DNA of 64,000 nucleotides, taken from the NCBI GenBank assembly GCA_030264375.1, contig JASCQW010000148.1, positions 21,675,632 through 21,739,631 on the forward strand. The letters run 5' to 3'. Positions 1 to 12,770 of the stretch are shown here, piece by piece. Made by a program: the position numbers and the translations under genes. Position 1 is the first letter of the stretch, and the number at the start of each line of letters is the position of its first letter. The notes under the pieces are model-generated. The model was not told the DNA's origin and did not search any database. It worked only from the letters and a program-made list of their open reading frames with translations. This stretch comes from Carcharhinus longimanus. Its lineage: Eukaryota.

Positions 1-366
1 ATAGGTACAATGCAAGCTTGCATTGTGATTTCCAAGGACTTGTTACTTCTGACGCGTGCCAATTTTATTGTAATTTGTATCACTTTCTGCAGTGAGATAG
101 CTAGATTCAACAGAAGAATCTGTAAACAGGGTCAATAATAGTCCCTAGAAAAGGGATAAATTTTGAAGATATCTTGGTGTTGTTGATTTGGTTTTCCTGT
201 CTTTGTCACAGTAATTTTTCTGGAAATCCTTTGCAAAAGATCTTCAGTGAAACACTGTCTTTGTTAACTCCCACTTGTCATAGCTTTGCAGACTTTATAA
301 TGCAGAGTGAGAAAAAGAGAGGAGCAAACTCCCTTCACATTTTGCTTTAGTTACAATTCCAGTTGG

Positions 367-1500
367 TGTTATAATTGGATGAGAAGATCCCAGAATGGAA
401 CCCTGGCTCAAAAGTCCATAACTTTTAATTTTTTTCCATGAAGCATGGAGGAAGAGTCAGACAACTGCCTATTAGTTTTAACAAGAAAAAAAACATTTAT
501 TAAACATGAAAAAATTGAATTATAATACAATACTAAGCTTGCCTTAACACAGATTTTAAGATTAACACGCTTTATAAAGCACATTGTAAGATGCAGTGGT
601 CTCATTAACACATAAAGTCCCTTTTAAATACAAGATGATGATGGGCAAATACACTCTCTGTTCTGAATCCCAAATGAATGTCTGTGGTTGCCTCCTCAGA
701 ATTCCCCCGCATGATTGTCACAAGCGAGTTTCCAAACTCCATTCCCAAAAGCACTCTTTAAAATCTCCTCTCAGAATACTTTCCCTTAGCAGTTTGCATT
801 CTGAAATTCAGACCAGGTTTTCCAAATGGCAGTTTTAAACCAAAGCTTAGGCTCCACTTTTAATCGTGAATCTAGTCCAAGATTTTGCACCAACCCATTT
901 AGGATTTATTTATCTTGATTTTTATCCAAACAGTTTACAATTGCGTTAACTCTCAATTCCCAGACTCTTATTAAAATGACATCAAACATTTCATCTACCT
1001 CTGAAATCTGCTTTCCCATTTACTGTCTCTTTAACTCAGAACTCTTAGTTTACTCTTCCTTTAATTCTTCTGAACAATACCTTGTGTTCATTTAACTCCA
1101 GTCATCTGAAATATTTTTTCTGTCCCTCTTCCCTGGTTATCTGGACTGTATCTTGTTCATTAAGAAGCTTGCAACTTTGCAGTTCCCTTTCTCTGTCCAA
1201 CTTCTCCTAGCAGGGTTGAGAGCTGTTAACTCCTCAATGGCCTAGTCCCAACTCCCCTGGCTTCCAGTAAAAACTAAGAACAAAGGAAAGCCTTCAGTCT
1301 GGAAAGTGACCCCCTTATTTGTTCTTCACACCGTAGCCCTCTCTAAGTGTAATAGAAACAGAATTGGAACTTAACCAACCCTCACACATAAAAACATCTT
1401 TGTCCAATGTGAATTTAATACAGGTTTTACCCTTCTAGGCACAAAAACATTAAACAGATTTAAAATTAAACTTTATTTCTAATATTTACCAATACAAATA
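367..1500 (-). mobile_element. Probable degraded solo LTR-like repeat
   Basis: Begins with TGTTATAA (a TAACA terminus on the minus strand) and has minus-strand AATAAA plus the pyrimidine-rich composition of the other LTR-like blocks here. Right boundary uncertain. Confidence 0.4.
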
Positions 1501-3231
1501 TTGGTAAATATTAGAATTCCCTAAAGACTAGCTTTTTTTTTGCTAACACTTCCAAGACCCACACTGAGTTCAAGAAACATGTTCAAGCAGAACTTCTCCC
1601 AAGCTAGTTGTTTTTTTAATAGCCAATTAGCTGGAGTTCACAGCCTGGTAACAGGGATTTTTTTAAATTTACCTCAAGTAACAAAATAACTCCTGTCCTC
1701 CCAGGTGTTTCACTGGTCACTTGGCTGAAGTTATGTAATCTCTTGGAAAAATCAGCTTGCTCGCAGACCAAAGTGAACTTGTAACCATTTAGGAAAAAGC
1801 TCAGGAACATGTCCAAATAATGTAATGTCCTTTGAATTTTTAAAAAGCATATAGCTCTTGGAGATATGAATTCCTAGTAGTTGAAATATTATTTCCAGCT
1901 GTAAAGTTGCTGCCTGACCAACTCTGTATTTTCAGCACTTTTTGTTTTTAATTCAGATTTCTAGCAGCCACATTATTTTGAATTAGTTGATCCTTTATTT
2001 GACCAAAAATGTTGGTATCAAAAGAATAGAAGTGTTTCAGAGCTTTTAATTTTGACCTTGATAGAGTGCTGACTTCATAGTAATCACTGGACAAGCTTGA
2101 AATGTCCATCAGTATTTCAAAGTTTGCACTTTTCCCTCTGAACTTGTGTTCATTATATTTTCTCTTCTTTAATTGTTCCAAAGTAGGAAAAATAGAAATG
2201 GCTCAATAGCAAGCTTTGTTGCTATTGGAGACACATGAAGTACTGTGAAGAGGTTTTAACTTGAATTCTTTTCTGCAATACTAGGCAAAAGATCATGCAA
2301 AAATGGGAATAAAAGAGGTGAAAAATCGTTTGAAGCAAAAGGTACTTTTTTCTTCTTACCAAGCATTAAGTACCAAACCAGTAAATGTATAAATGTATTA
2401 TCTGATCGATATGAAATTGTTTGAAACATTATAACCATACTTGAGAGTGCATTAACAGAGGCGATGCTGAGTGGGCTTTTAGAAAAATATGAAAGATGCC
2501 CAAGGTCTCTTAATCCAAAAAGGTTGTATTGTTTCTACCTGAGCTTTACTTTGATATCTGCACAGATGATTAAAATACGAGTTAGATGGTGGGCAAAGCT
2601 CTCACTTAATGCCCCAGCAATAGGTCTTCATCTCAACCTCAGCCTCAAAAGAACATCTTGCTGAATTTTTTAATGTTTTTATTTATTATAGCACGGAAAG
2701 TCGTGTTCTGATTGAGTGAGAGTACTGCACCGGTTCTTAATTTATGGTTAGTTCCCATCCTGTACACTACTGTCCACTTGATAGAAGGTTGAAACTGCTC
2801 AAACTCATTCCACTTTGGATTCTGTCCTGTCATGAGATTGAGTTATTTCATGTTCTGGATGCAAAGGTGCAGTCGTGTTCTAATTCAGTTCCAAATGTGC
2901 TAAAATAATCTCAGATTTGTCGATATGTTTTCGTGGAAGTTGTATTCTAGTTCCTAATCTGTCCAACTGAATTCTGTCAAAAATTCTGAACAGAACTATC
3001 TCTCTGATTTTAAAAAAAGTTTGGATTGGATAATAACAAGCATCATGTTAGCATAGCCAAAATGCTGACCTTTTACACCATATGCATGAGTTAGATATTG
3101 AGGTTAAATCTTTGCCTAACCATAGTGGTCTAGATACACACATGCCATTTTCATTGAGCCATTTATTTTGGTTTAAAAATATGGCAAATTTTAATGGCTG
3201 TTGTTCTTTAAAAATCCTATATAATTAAAGC

Positions 3232-3560
3232 CATAGAGTGCGTAAAATCCCTACAGCGCAGAAGGAGGCCATTTGGTCTATCGAGCCTGCACCGATCACA
3301 ATCCCACCCAGGCCCTATCCCCTTAACTCCACTTATTTATCCTGCTAATCCCTACCAACACTCAGGGGAAATTTATTATGGCCAATCAACCTAGTTCGCA
3401 CATCCTTGTGACTGTGGGAGGAAACTGGAACACCCGGAGAAAACCAACACAGACACAGGGAGAACATGCAAATTCCACACAGACAGCTACCCCAGGCTGG
3501 AATTGAACCCGGGTCTCTGGTGCTGTGAGGCAGCAGTGTTAACTGTGCCACCGTGCTAGC
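3232..3560 (-). mobile_element. tRNA-derived SINE, HE1-like, with CR1-type tail
   Basis: Minus strand reads gcacggtggcacagtt (A box), ggttcaattcc (B box), core tctgtgtggaatttgcatgttctccc, tail ggcctccttctgcgctgtagggatt. Confidence 0.88.
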
Positions 3561-4095
3561 CTCTTACTTGGATAACCCTGTGAACTATCTAACTAACTTC
3601 AATCATAAATCTCATTCCCTAATATTTCCCTGACCCTGACAGCTTTCCAGACATTTGGGAACTTTTTTTTTCTGCTGTGTCCCCCAATTGCTGATGAGAA
3701 TGAGGCATCAGTGATACATAGGTCCTCAAGACTCACATTTATAATCGGGTTAGCTACAGCAGTTATCCTGATGTCAGTCTAACCTTGCTGAAAGTGGGTA
3801 TGACTTTGTTTTCTGATCCAACATTTTCAACCTCCCTTTTGATATGTCTTAAGAAAAGATACTCATTGATTAATGGATTGTTCTTCTCTATGCCACGCTG
3901 ACAGTTCAATACAGTTATGTCTTTGTTTGCAGTAAGTGATTGATGCGTCACTGACTGTGATTTTTTTTAATACTTTTCTTGTCTTCCTAATATCATAATG
4001 CTTAGACAGCCTTTTCCCGTAGTACCTTCTCTTTACCCCTTACCTTTAATCAGGAATGTTCCTGGCCATGCAAATCACTTTTTCCTACCATGCAG

Positions 4096-4227
4096 GAAAT
4101 GGCAGAAAATGGCTACTCTGTGGCAGGAGAGGATATCCATCAGAAGAGTATCACATCCCCACTGTCTGAGAAGAAAGAAAGCAAGCAGCGAGAGGACCGG
4201 CGACCAATAACTGTGCACTTTGGACAG
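4096..4227 (+). CDS. DENND1A: DENND1A (connecdenn 1) internal coding exon, 132 nt, phase 0-0: EMAENGYSVAGEDIHQKSITSPLSEKKESKQREDRRPITVHFGQ
   Basis: Acceptor tttttcctaccatgcag and donor CAG|gtacgt enclose 44 open codons. The ending REDRRPITVHFGQ matches the recalled human DENND1A sequence just after the DENN module. Confidence 0.93.
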
Positions 4228-4744
4228 GTACGTAGTTAACTTCTTCAATCTGTGCACTGAATTGACCTTGCTACAAGAAAGGAATATAATCACAAAAAGT
4301 GGCATTTCATATCATTCTGCTTTTTTGGTGACTAATTGTACGTAAATGAAGTGATTCCTTTCGTTACACTCCGCATAATCTTTCCTCCTTTTGCTGAGCT
4401 GTTTGCTTTTTTCTTATTTAATTGCCAGGAGCACTCTGTAGCTGGTCATTTAGTCTTTATTTCTTTTGCATTCTGTTCCTTGTAAGAATTATGAACCCAT
4501 TAGGCTACAATGAACCGATGACACTATTAGTTAAGCATTGAAGTTGGTGTTAATGGAGATGAACTTAACATGGAATTGCAGCATGCAATTTTAATAACTG
4601 CATTGCAGCTGTTCAGAATGGACAACCCAAAATCTAAATTATCTACTAGTGGGATTTCATAGTGAAAATTTGCGTACATCAAACTATTATCAGTATTACA
4701 TCAGAAGCTAGCATTTTGCAGCAGGAGTGATATTTTAAAAATAC

Positions 4745-5330
4745 ATTTATTGCCCAACCCTATTTGCCCTTGAGAAGGTAATAGTAAGCTTTCATCTTGA
4801 ATCATTGCAGTTCATGGGGCAAGGTGCTGCCACAATGCTGTCAGAGAGGGAGTTCCATGACATCGACCCAGTGATGATGAAGGACTGACTATATCCTTAC
4901 TGTGTGATTTGGAATTGATGGTGTTCCTATACAAATGCTCCCTTTGTCCTTCTAGGTAGTGAAGGCTTTGGTTTCTGGAGGTATTGCTGCAAAAACCTTG
5001 ACTAATTTCTACTGTTGCTAGTGCAACCTGCAGCCTTGGTGCCAGGCTTCTTGAGTGTTGTTACTATTGCTCTCATCCATGCAAGTGGAAAGTTTTGCAT
5101 CACACTCCTGACTCCCTAAACTCAGATCTTTAGTAGTGGCTGCAGCATGTATGTGATTGGTCCAGTTATGTTTCTGCTCAATGATGATCACTAGAATGTT
5201 GATGGTGGAAGGTGCAGCGATGTAATGCCATTGAATATCAAGGAAAAGGCAACTCAGTCCACCGTTGTTGTAGATGGTCATTATGAGAAGCTTTTGTGAT
5301 GCAAATGTTATTTGCCACTTGGTGATTTTT
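4745..5330 (-). mobile_element. Old LINE 3' fragment
   Basis: Its left end is the reverse complement of the tail (ttctcaagggcaa...ggcaataaatg) seen in + orientation at about 27050-27220. Heavily decayed. Confidence 0.55.
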
Positions 5331-5971
5331 GACCAAGTCCTGTTTTGTCTAGGTGCAGACTACTTCATTTTCTGGCAAATTGTGTGTTTGTATGTGAAAC
5401 TGCAAAAAGTGTGCGTATCCAAATTGTAGCTAAGTTATTCATCTGTTTTTCACTTGTTCAAAAATTATGTCCTACTCTACAGTGTATGGAGAAAAACCTG
5501 ATGATGACAGATTTTGAGTGGCTGACAAAATTCTCCTAGGACTATCGGTAATATATGTCATGTTTTAAACTAGAGTGCTGCAGGTTCAACAGGGACTTCT
5601 CTCTTTCTACACAAAAATAACTCTTAGAACAGGAATTTCAAGATCAGTGTGACCTATTATCCAGAAAGAGTTTTAATTGTGAGGCAACTGCGGAAAAAGA
5701 ATGGAGTTTTATGATACCTGAAGTAGAAGGTTTAATTTATCTGGGACAAATTTCAGAAAGGAGCAACAATAAGCATTTATATAGAGCCTTTGACACATTT
5801 TCTTTTATAGAGGTACTGACTGGCGTGATGAATACTTCCTAGTATTTTCTGTTTTATTTCAGAATTCTAGCATTAATATTTTTTTCTTTTCTTAAAATCT
5901 CTTCTCATTACTAGTTCTCAATCAGGCTACAAGAAGAAACATGCTACTGAATGAACAGAAAATATTGGATA

Positions 5972-6273
5972 TAAGTTTAAGTAAGTTTATTAGTGTCACA
6001 AGTAGGCTTACACTAACACTGCAATGAAGTTACTGTGAAAGTTCCCCAGTTGCCACACTCTGACGCCTGTTCAGGTATACAAAGGGAGAATTTAGAATGG
6101 CCAATGCACCTAACCAGCACGTCTTTTGGACTATGGGAGGAAACCAGAGAACCTGGAGGAAACCTACGTAGACAAGGGGAGAGCGTGCAAATTTAATATG
6201 GACAGTGGCCCAAGCAGGGAATCGAACCCGGGCCCCTGACATTGTGAGGCAGCAGTTCTAACCACTGTGCCAC
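5972..6273 (-). mobile_element. tRNA-derived SINE, second tail type
   Basis: Same head and core as the HE1-like copies; tail cacagtaacttcattgcagtgtt...gtaagcctacttgtgacactaataaac. Confidence 0.88.
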
Positions 6274-9027
6274 ATGCACCCGTAAGAAGTGAACTGGGGT
6301 AACTATATGTTGATGATTTTATTCCTAGAAGGGAACTCTTCAAAGTCCAATTTTCCTTTTAGGCTATTGTCAACACATTATTTAATAAACTGTTTATAAT
6401 CATTATACAATGAGTTTTTGTGCATGGCATTCTTTTTAATTTTGAGAAATCAAAAGTACAATTTTCTTTTGTGTCCTTAAATAATTATTAGATTCCACAG
6501 ATTTCTCAGCAACTCACCCAGATGTCTGTAAACACTGAATCAAAAAATCTTGGTGAAACCCTGTCCCTCAAGAGGAAGAATAAGCTTCTGAATACCCCCA
6601 AAGCTCTTCAAACCTGGGCTGCCTCACCGATTGCACACCTACCAGCGTTTCAAGCTCATCTCCCTGAGATCCTGTCTCCCTGGATTTCCATGTCTATCGT
6701 CCAGCCTCTACTTACTCGCACAATTTCAGCTCTTTAATAGCCAGCTGGCTTCACTGAGCTGGAAATGCCCCTGGATCTCACCAAGCTTCAATCTGTCCAG
6801 CTACACCAAGGTATAAAGGCTCCCAGGTCTTCTCCTGAGCCCTCATGCTTTCCAGCGAGAAGCCTGTGATTGTCTGCCACCTTTTCAGACTTCAGGACCT
6901 CCGCTGAACCCTATATACATAGAGCTATCAAAAGGCTTCTGAGATCTCTCCTAAGCCCCAATGACACAGAGCCAGCTAACATCAACACTTGTGCTATCTG
7001 GAGCCTGCAGACAGCAGCACCTTTTCAGTATGACCTTTTCCCCTGCTGCAGACCACTTACTTCCCCAACAAACACAGAGATAAGTTGAAACCCTAGAACT
7101 TTCTCAAGCTTCTCCATCTCCATGACAATGTCGCCTTCCAGGGCTCACTTTTAAATTAATTGTAGCTTTAATTCCCAAAACAAAAATACTCTCTGGGCTG
7201 CATTTCTTTGCAAGCAGTGTAGACTGTGGACTGTTTCTACTCTCTGGAAAATATAAGCCCACCTGCTGTTTTATGATTTTGCGTCTCTAGCTGTTAACCC
7301 TTTAAGTCAACATGGCCCTGACCTATTAAGTGTCATAGACTCCATGATGATTTAGTTGCATTTATCCCACTTTCTATAGTTAAATTTAATCTTCCCACAA
7401 CTTAAAATCACCTCTAAAATATCACTGTACATGATGAGCTAGGTATTTATAACACTTCTGTCCCAAAGAAAAATGAAAATACCTCACCAAATGATGCTAT
7501 TTTGTTTACTATTCAGAATATAACAACTTATATATGTTATATATCTTAAAACTATCGCAAGCATGCAATGTGCACAATAATCAACCCCCCTTTTTCCAAT
7601 AAAATGAACAAAAGTCCTTCAGCATTCTGCTGAATTCCATGTGGTGAAACATAGTCCTTGCAAAGTTTTCTGAAACTCTTGCTCTTAGTGTTGTTATAGT
7701 CCAAAGATCCATCTAAAGGAGGAGATTTCCCATTGTTGTGTATAGGTGAATTTTCAAACTCTGTTTTTAAGAGAGCCTAAACTGATTCCATCTTTTGATC
7801 TTCATTGTCCTCCGCGTCTGTGGCTTTCTCATCTTTAAACTCCACAAAGAAAGCCTCAGTTAAGTCCACAGTCAAATTGTTGTCTTTTTCTTTCACTGTA
7901 TTTGTATCTTCCTTTTCAAAGGTTATTTTCCAAACGTGAGCATTTTAAATTCTTTTTGAGATAAGAACAACTCGTTCCTTTGAACTAAATCTTCCTTCGC
8001 TCCTTGAAGAATGTCACTCAGATGTTTTTTATGTTCGGGTGGGAAGGTCCCATATTTTTGTTGGGTCTGATTTTAAATAATCTGATTTTTTCAATTTTTC
8101 CTACTACGGTCTAGAATAAATTTTATTTAATTTTTTCCAAGAGATATTAATAGTTTCTTCATTTTGGACTTTATTGTTCTTTCTGATACTTGAAGTTTTC
8201 CATTCAATTCTCAAATCACAACACTCCAATCCTGTTCAGTTTATAAATGGTCTTTTACTAATCATCCACTTGCGTGGATTCCTGCTGCTGTCTCCTGTAT
8301 CTCAGCACTGGCAATGCCAGGAGTCATTTGACCCTTTCAGATCACTTTGCAGTCTCAATCCTTTTTGTAAATAATTTTTATTTGACAATTCTGCAAGCAT
8401 TCTTGTGTTTCTCATTACTGAGATGCACATGTGAGGTTTCTTTACTTGAATGAGTTCTTTGCCCAACTGAATCACAAACAGGCAAGGAGAGTTTATTCAC
8501 AGGAACAACTTTGGAACTGTGACGCTGCATCCCAGGTGGTGGAAAAACAATACTGCCCATTATATAATTGTCCAGTATATAATCTACAACTCCAGACTTA
8601 CAAAACGCCTTCACCAGAGCGCTATTTAAGTTTACTTCATGCAAATGAATAGACACATACTTCCCATCAATAGCTGTTAATATTGGCCCAAATCCTTTGC
8701 TAACAAGCTCTGAGCCAAGCCAGTAGCTCTCAGGATAACAACTTTCCTAGGCTCTTTAAATGGAGCGACTTTGCCATCAAATGTAAACTGCTTAGAACCC
8801 TTTGCATCTGGAACTATTTCTAAGATAAAGATATTAGATCTTACAGTCTTCTATTTATAATGCAGATTTCTCTGTGGAAATTCATGTCACCTGCAGTACT
8901 GCTACTGATTTAACATCAATTTCATTTCCTGGAATGATCTTTTCTGAGAGCTCACTCCTATTACTGCCACCAGTTTACTTTTCAGTTCCCAACAATTAGA
9001 TGTCCTGTCCAATGACAACAGAAACAT

Positions 9028-10617
9028 ACTGGAGTTCTTTGAGGATGCAACTAGGAGAGTTGACCAAGGAGATGCAGTGGAGATGATTTAATTACACTTT
9101 CAGAAGATTTTTGACAAGGTTTCACATAGCAGATTACAATGTAAAATTAAAGCCCATGGGATTGCGGGTAATGTCTTGAGATGGATCGAAAGCTGGTTAG
9201 CAGACAGGAAGCAAAGATTTGACATAAATGGATGTTTTCTGATTGGCAGGAAGTGACTAATGGGATGCCGCAATAATTTGTGCTAAGACCCCAACTGTTC
9301 ACATTATGTTTAATGATTTAGAAAAGGGAATAAAATGTGTTATTTCCAGATTTACAGGTGATACAAAGTTGGGTGGGAGGATGAGCTGTGAAGAGGATGC
9401 AGAGATGCTTCAACGTGATTTGGGCAGGCTAAGTGAGTGGGCATATGCATGGCAGATGCAGAATGATGTTGATAGATGAGAAACGGCACAGTGGTTAGCA
9501 CTGCTGCTTCACATTACCAGGCGTCTGGGTTCGATACCCGGGTTGTGTCACTGTCTTTGTGGAATCAGCATGTTCTCCCCATGTCTGCATGGGTTTCCCC
9601 TGGGTGCTTCGGTTTCCTTTCACAGTTTGAAAGATGTGCTGGTTAGGTGCATTGGCCGTGCTAAATTGACCCTCAGTGTACCTGAACAGGCACCGGAGTA
9701 TGGCAACTAGGAGATTTTCACAATAACTTCATTGCAATTAATATAAGCCTGCTTGTGAGTAATAATAAATTAACTTTATCTTCAGTTATCCATTTCGGTA
9801 GCAAAAATAGGAAGGCAAATTAGTATTTGAATGGGTGTAAATTGACAGAGGTGACTACTCAGCGAGACCTTAATGTGCTCATGTGTCAGTCGCTGAAAGT
9901 AAGCACACAGGTATAGCAGACAGTAAAGAAGGCAAATGGTATGTTGGCCTTCAGTGCGAGGGGATTTGAAAATAGAAATAGTGATGTTTTACTGCATTTG
10001 TACAGGTGTTGGTGAGGCTACATCTGGAGTATTGTGTGCACTTTTGGTGTCCCCATCTGAGGAAGGATGTCCTTGCTATAGAGGGAGTACAGCAAAGGCT
10101 TACCAGGCTGATTTCTGGGATGGCAAGTCTGTCATATGAGGAGAGATTAAGTTGGTTAGGATTATATTCGTTAGAGTTTAGAAGAGTGAGAAGGGATCTC
10201 ATAGAAACTTATAAAATTCTAACCAGGTTAGACAGGGTAGATTCAGAAAGAATGTTCCCAATGTTGGTGGAGCCCAGGACTAGGAGTCATAGTTTGAGGT
10301 TATGGGATAAACTTTGTAGGAATGAGGTGAGGAGCAATCCCTTCATCAAGAGAGTGGTGAATCTTTGGAATTTACTACTACAGAAAGTAGTTGAGACCAA
10401 AACATTGTGTGATTTCAAGAATAAGTTAATATGGTTCTTTTTTCTTTGGTACCTTTTCGTAATTCCTAATCAAAAAAGCCAATTCAAATTAAGTCCAATC
10501 GTGGGACCCACTAGGGTCTAAAGAGATCACGGGACACAGGGAGAGGGTGGGATTGGGATATTGATTTTGATGATCAGTAATGATCAAAATGAATGGTGGA
10601 GCAGGCTCAAATGGCTG
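9028..10617 (+). mobile_element. 5'-truncated CR1 (HER1-like) LINE: RT C-terminus and 3' UTR
   Basis: Degenerate LEFFED...FQKIFDKVSH. ORF 10006..10521 LVRLHLEYCVHFWCPHLRKDVLAIEGVQQRLTRLI...LSYEERL is typical CR1 ORF2. Many stops and frameshifts. Confidence 0.93.
9485..9778 (+). mobile_element. tRNA-derived SINE (second tail type) inserted inside the CR1
   Basis: Runs ggcacagtggttagcactgctgc...gggttcgatacc...aataataaattaacttta and interrupts the CR1 sequence between ...agatgag and gttatcc... Confidence 0.9.
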
Positions 10618-11397
10618 TTGCCATTCACTCAGGGATAATTCTTTCCCTCTTCAGAAAAGTCATAGCGGTTGACAAAGCCATCCTGTTTTTCAATCAGTAT
10701 TGCAAAATCCGCCATAGAAACCTTATCAATTTCAGCCTCAGCAAATGTCAGCACTCATATTTGCCTGTGGATTTGAAATCCCGCAATAGCAGCAATATTT
10801 ACAGCGTCAAAAAGATAAAACAATTTACAATATCTGTCTTATACTCTAAAATTTCAGGTTAGTATGAGATCAACTGTGGTCAAACGCACTACATTGTCTG
10901 ATCAATAGCAAATGTGACCAAGACAGATCTCATGGATTTCTCAGCAACCCAGCCAGATGTCAGCAACAAGTTATCAAGTCTCGATGAAACTGCATATCTC
11001 TCACCAGGGATTCCAAACTTTTCATTTTTGAAGATCAAGACTGTGAATTCCCTCGAGGCTGCTCAGTTTGGATGCCTCAATGACTGCACACCTCCTAGTA
11101 TTTCAGAACTGTCTCCTGAGACATGGTTCCTTGGATTTCTGAATTGTGCTCCAGCTGCCACAACCTTCCACAATTTTAAACCTTTAGTTGCTGGCTAGCT
11201 TCACTAGGCTAGCATTGTCCTTGGACTTCAACAAAATCGAATCTCCCCAACTATGCCAAGCTATAAGTTGTTCCTAGGAATTCTTCTGAGAGCTAATCCA
11301 TTCTAGCACAGAGCCAGTGACTTTCTACCACCTTAGCTCTCCAGAACTCATCCTAAGTCCTAAATACAAGAGCTATCAAACAATTACTGGGACTAGA

Positions 11398-11680
11398 GGC
11401 GGCATGGTGGCACAATGCTTAGCACTGCTGCCTCACAACACCAGGGACCTGGGTTCGATTCCCAGCTTGGGTCACTATCTCTGTAGACTTTGCATATTTT
11501 CCCCGTGTCTGCATGGGTTTCTCCGGGTGCCCCGGTTTCCTCCCACAGCCTGAAAGATATGCTGGCTGAGTGCATTGACCCAAACAGGTGCCAGAATGTG
11601 GCAACTAGGGCAATTTCACAGTAACTTCATTGCAGTGTTAATGTAAGCCTTACTTATGACTAATAAATAAGCTTTACTTT
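11398..11680 (+). mobile_element. tRNA-derived SINE (second tail type) inside the right LTR-like repeat
   Basis: Runs ggcggcatggtggcacaatg...gggttcgattcc...taataaataagctttac. Confidence 0.9.
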
Positions 11681-12359
11681 TTACTTTCTCCTGATGCCCA
11701 CAAAACCAGCTAACGGAAATACTTTTGCTGCCTGGACCCCACTAACTGCAGCAACTTTTCAGTTCTTTCCCCAGCTGCAAAACACTCATTTCCCCATCCA
11801 ATGCAGATACATTAAAACCCTTTCTTGAGCTCCAACCATCTCCATGACAACATAGCCCTTCAGGGTTGAATGTTCTTAAAATAATTGTAACTTTAACTCC
11901 AAAAACAAAATCATCTGCATTCTGCAGTCTTTAAGATATTTGACAGTATGTATACTAATTTTAATCACAGTATTGATTTAGCAAAATTTTCAGATATCAA
12001 TTGGTCTAATATTCATTTTGTATTGTTCTAAACCTACCTACAAGAACATGACTTTCCTACTGTATGTTTTATGTTGCTCAGAACTTTGTTACAAATTTGC
12101 AGCAGTTTTTCTTAAGTTTGTGTAATTTTTGAACTCCTTACTGCTCCTATTGCATGGCAATTGTTTCATTTCAAGGAACACATAAACCAAGCCCATGGAG
12201 ATTCCAGAACCCACCAGTATAATACATTTCATATTTGCTACAGGAAAATTGCTGTTGGAGCTGAATTCTGAAAAAAAAAACCCTTGCCATTTATAGAAGA
12301 TTTGCTCATTATCATAACTAAAGCTGTTATATGAAGCTTGTAAAGGATTTCATCCATAC

Positions 12360-12770
12360 ACAGGAACATAGGAATTAGGAGCAAGAACAGGCAATTCAAC
12401 TCTTCGAGCCTATTCCATCATTCTGTGATCATAGCTGATGTCCACCTCATCCTACCTTCACTTACCTGCCTTTTCCCCATAGCCCTTTGTCCCATTTTGG
12501 TCAAAAATTCATTTATCTATCTCTTGAATCCATTGATTCCGCATCCATTGCACCCTGGGGCAGTAAGTTCCATAGATTCACAACCCTCTGTGAGAAGTAG
12601 CTTCTCCTTATCTCTGTCTTGAACCTACCCACTCTTACTTTACAACTATGACCTCTTATCCTAGACTGTTCTAGAACATTTGGTTAACATTTACTTTATC
12701 AATCCCATTAAGTATTTTATATACCTCAATCAAATCCCTCCTTCCCCATTCCTCTGTACTCCAGCGAGTA
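12360..12770 (-). mobile_element. CR1 LINE 3' end fragment
   Basis: acataggaattaggagcaaga...ttcacaaccctctgtgagaag is the reverse complement of the CR1 3' region seen at 10200-10610. Confidence 0.75.

Larger units (their letters stand above)
6490..11930 (-). mobile_element. Decayed, internally deleted Ty3/Gypsy (Gmr1-like) LTR retrotransposon with nested insertions
   Basis: Minus strand carries a gag-like start MALSTAMTFL (~10680), a broken zinc knuckle CFCCHWTGH..CWELKSK (~8975-9030), protease-like VILRATGLAQSL (ILRDTG motif, ~8705-8745) and SIHLHEVNLNSALV. Two diverged direct repeats lie at ~6490-7454 and ~10870-11930. Confidence 0.7.

Noticed and set aside
3998-4210. ORF-track translation MLRQPF... 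as the product
   Set aside because: Wrong frame; the spliced exon 4096-4227 in another frame gives the DENND1A match.
10006-10521. Longest gap-free ORF (171 aa) as a host gene
   Set aside because: It is the CR1 ORF2 C-terminus within a stop-ridden, 5'-truncated LINE.
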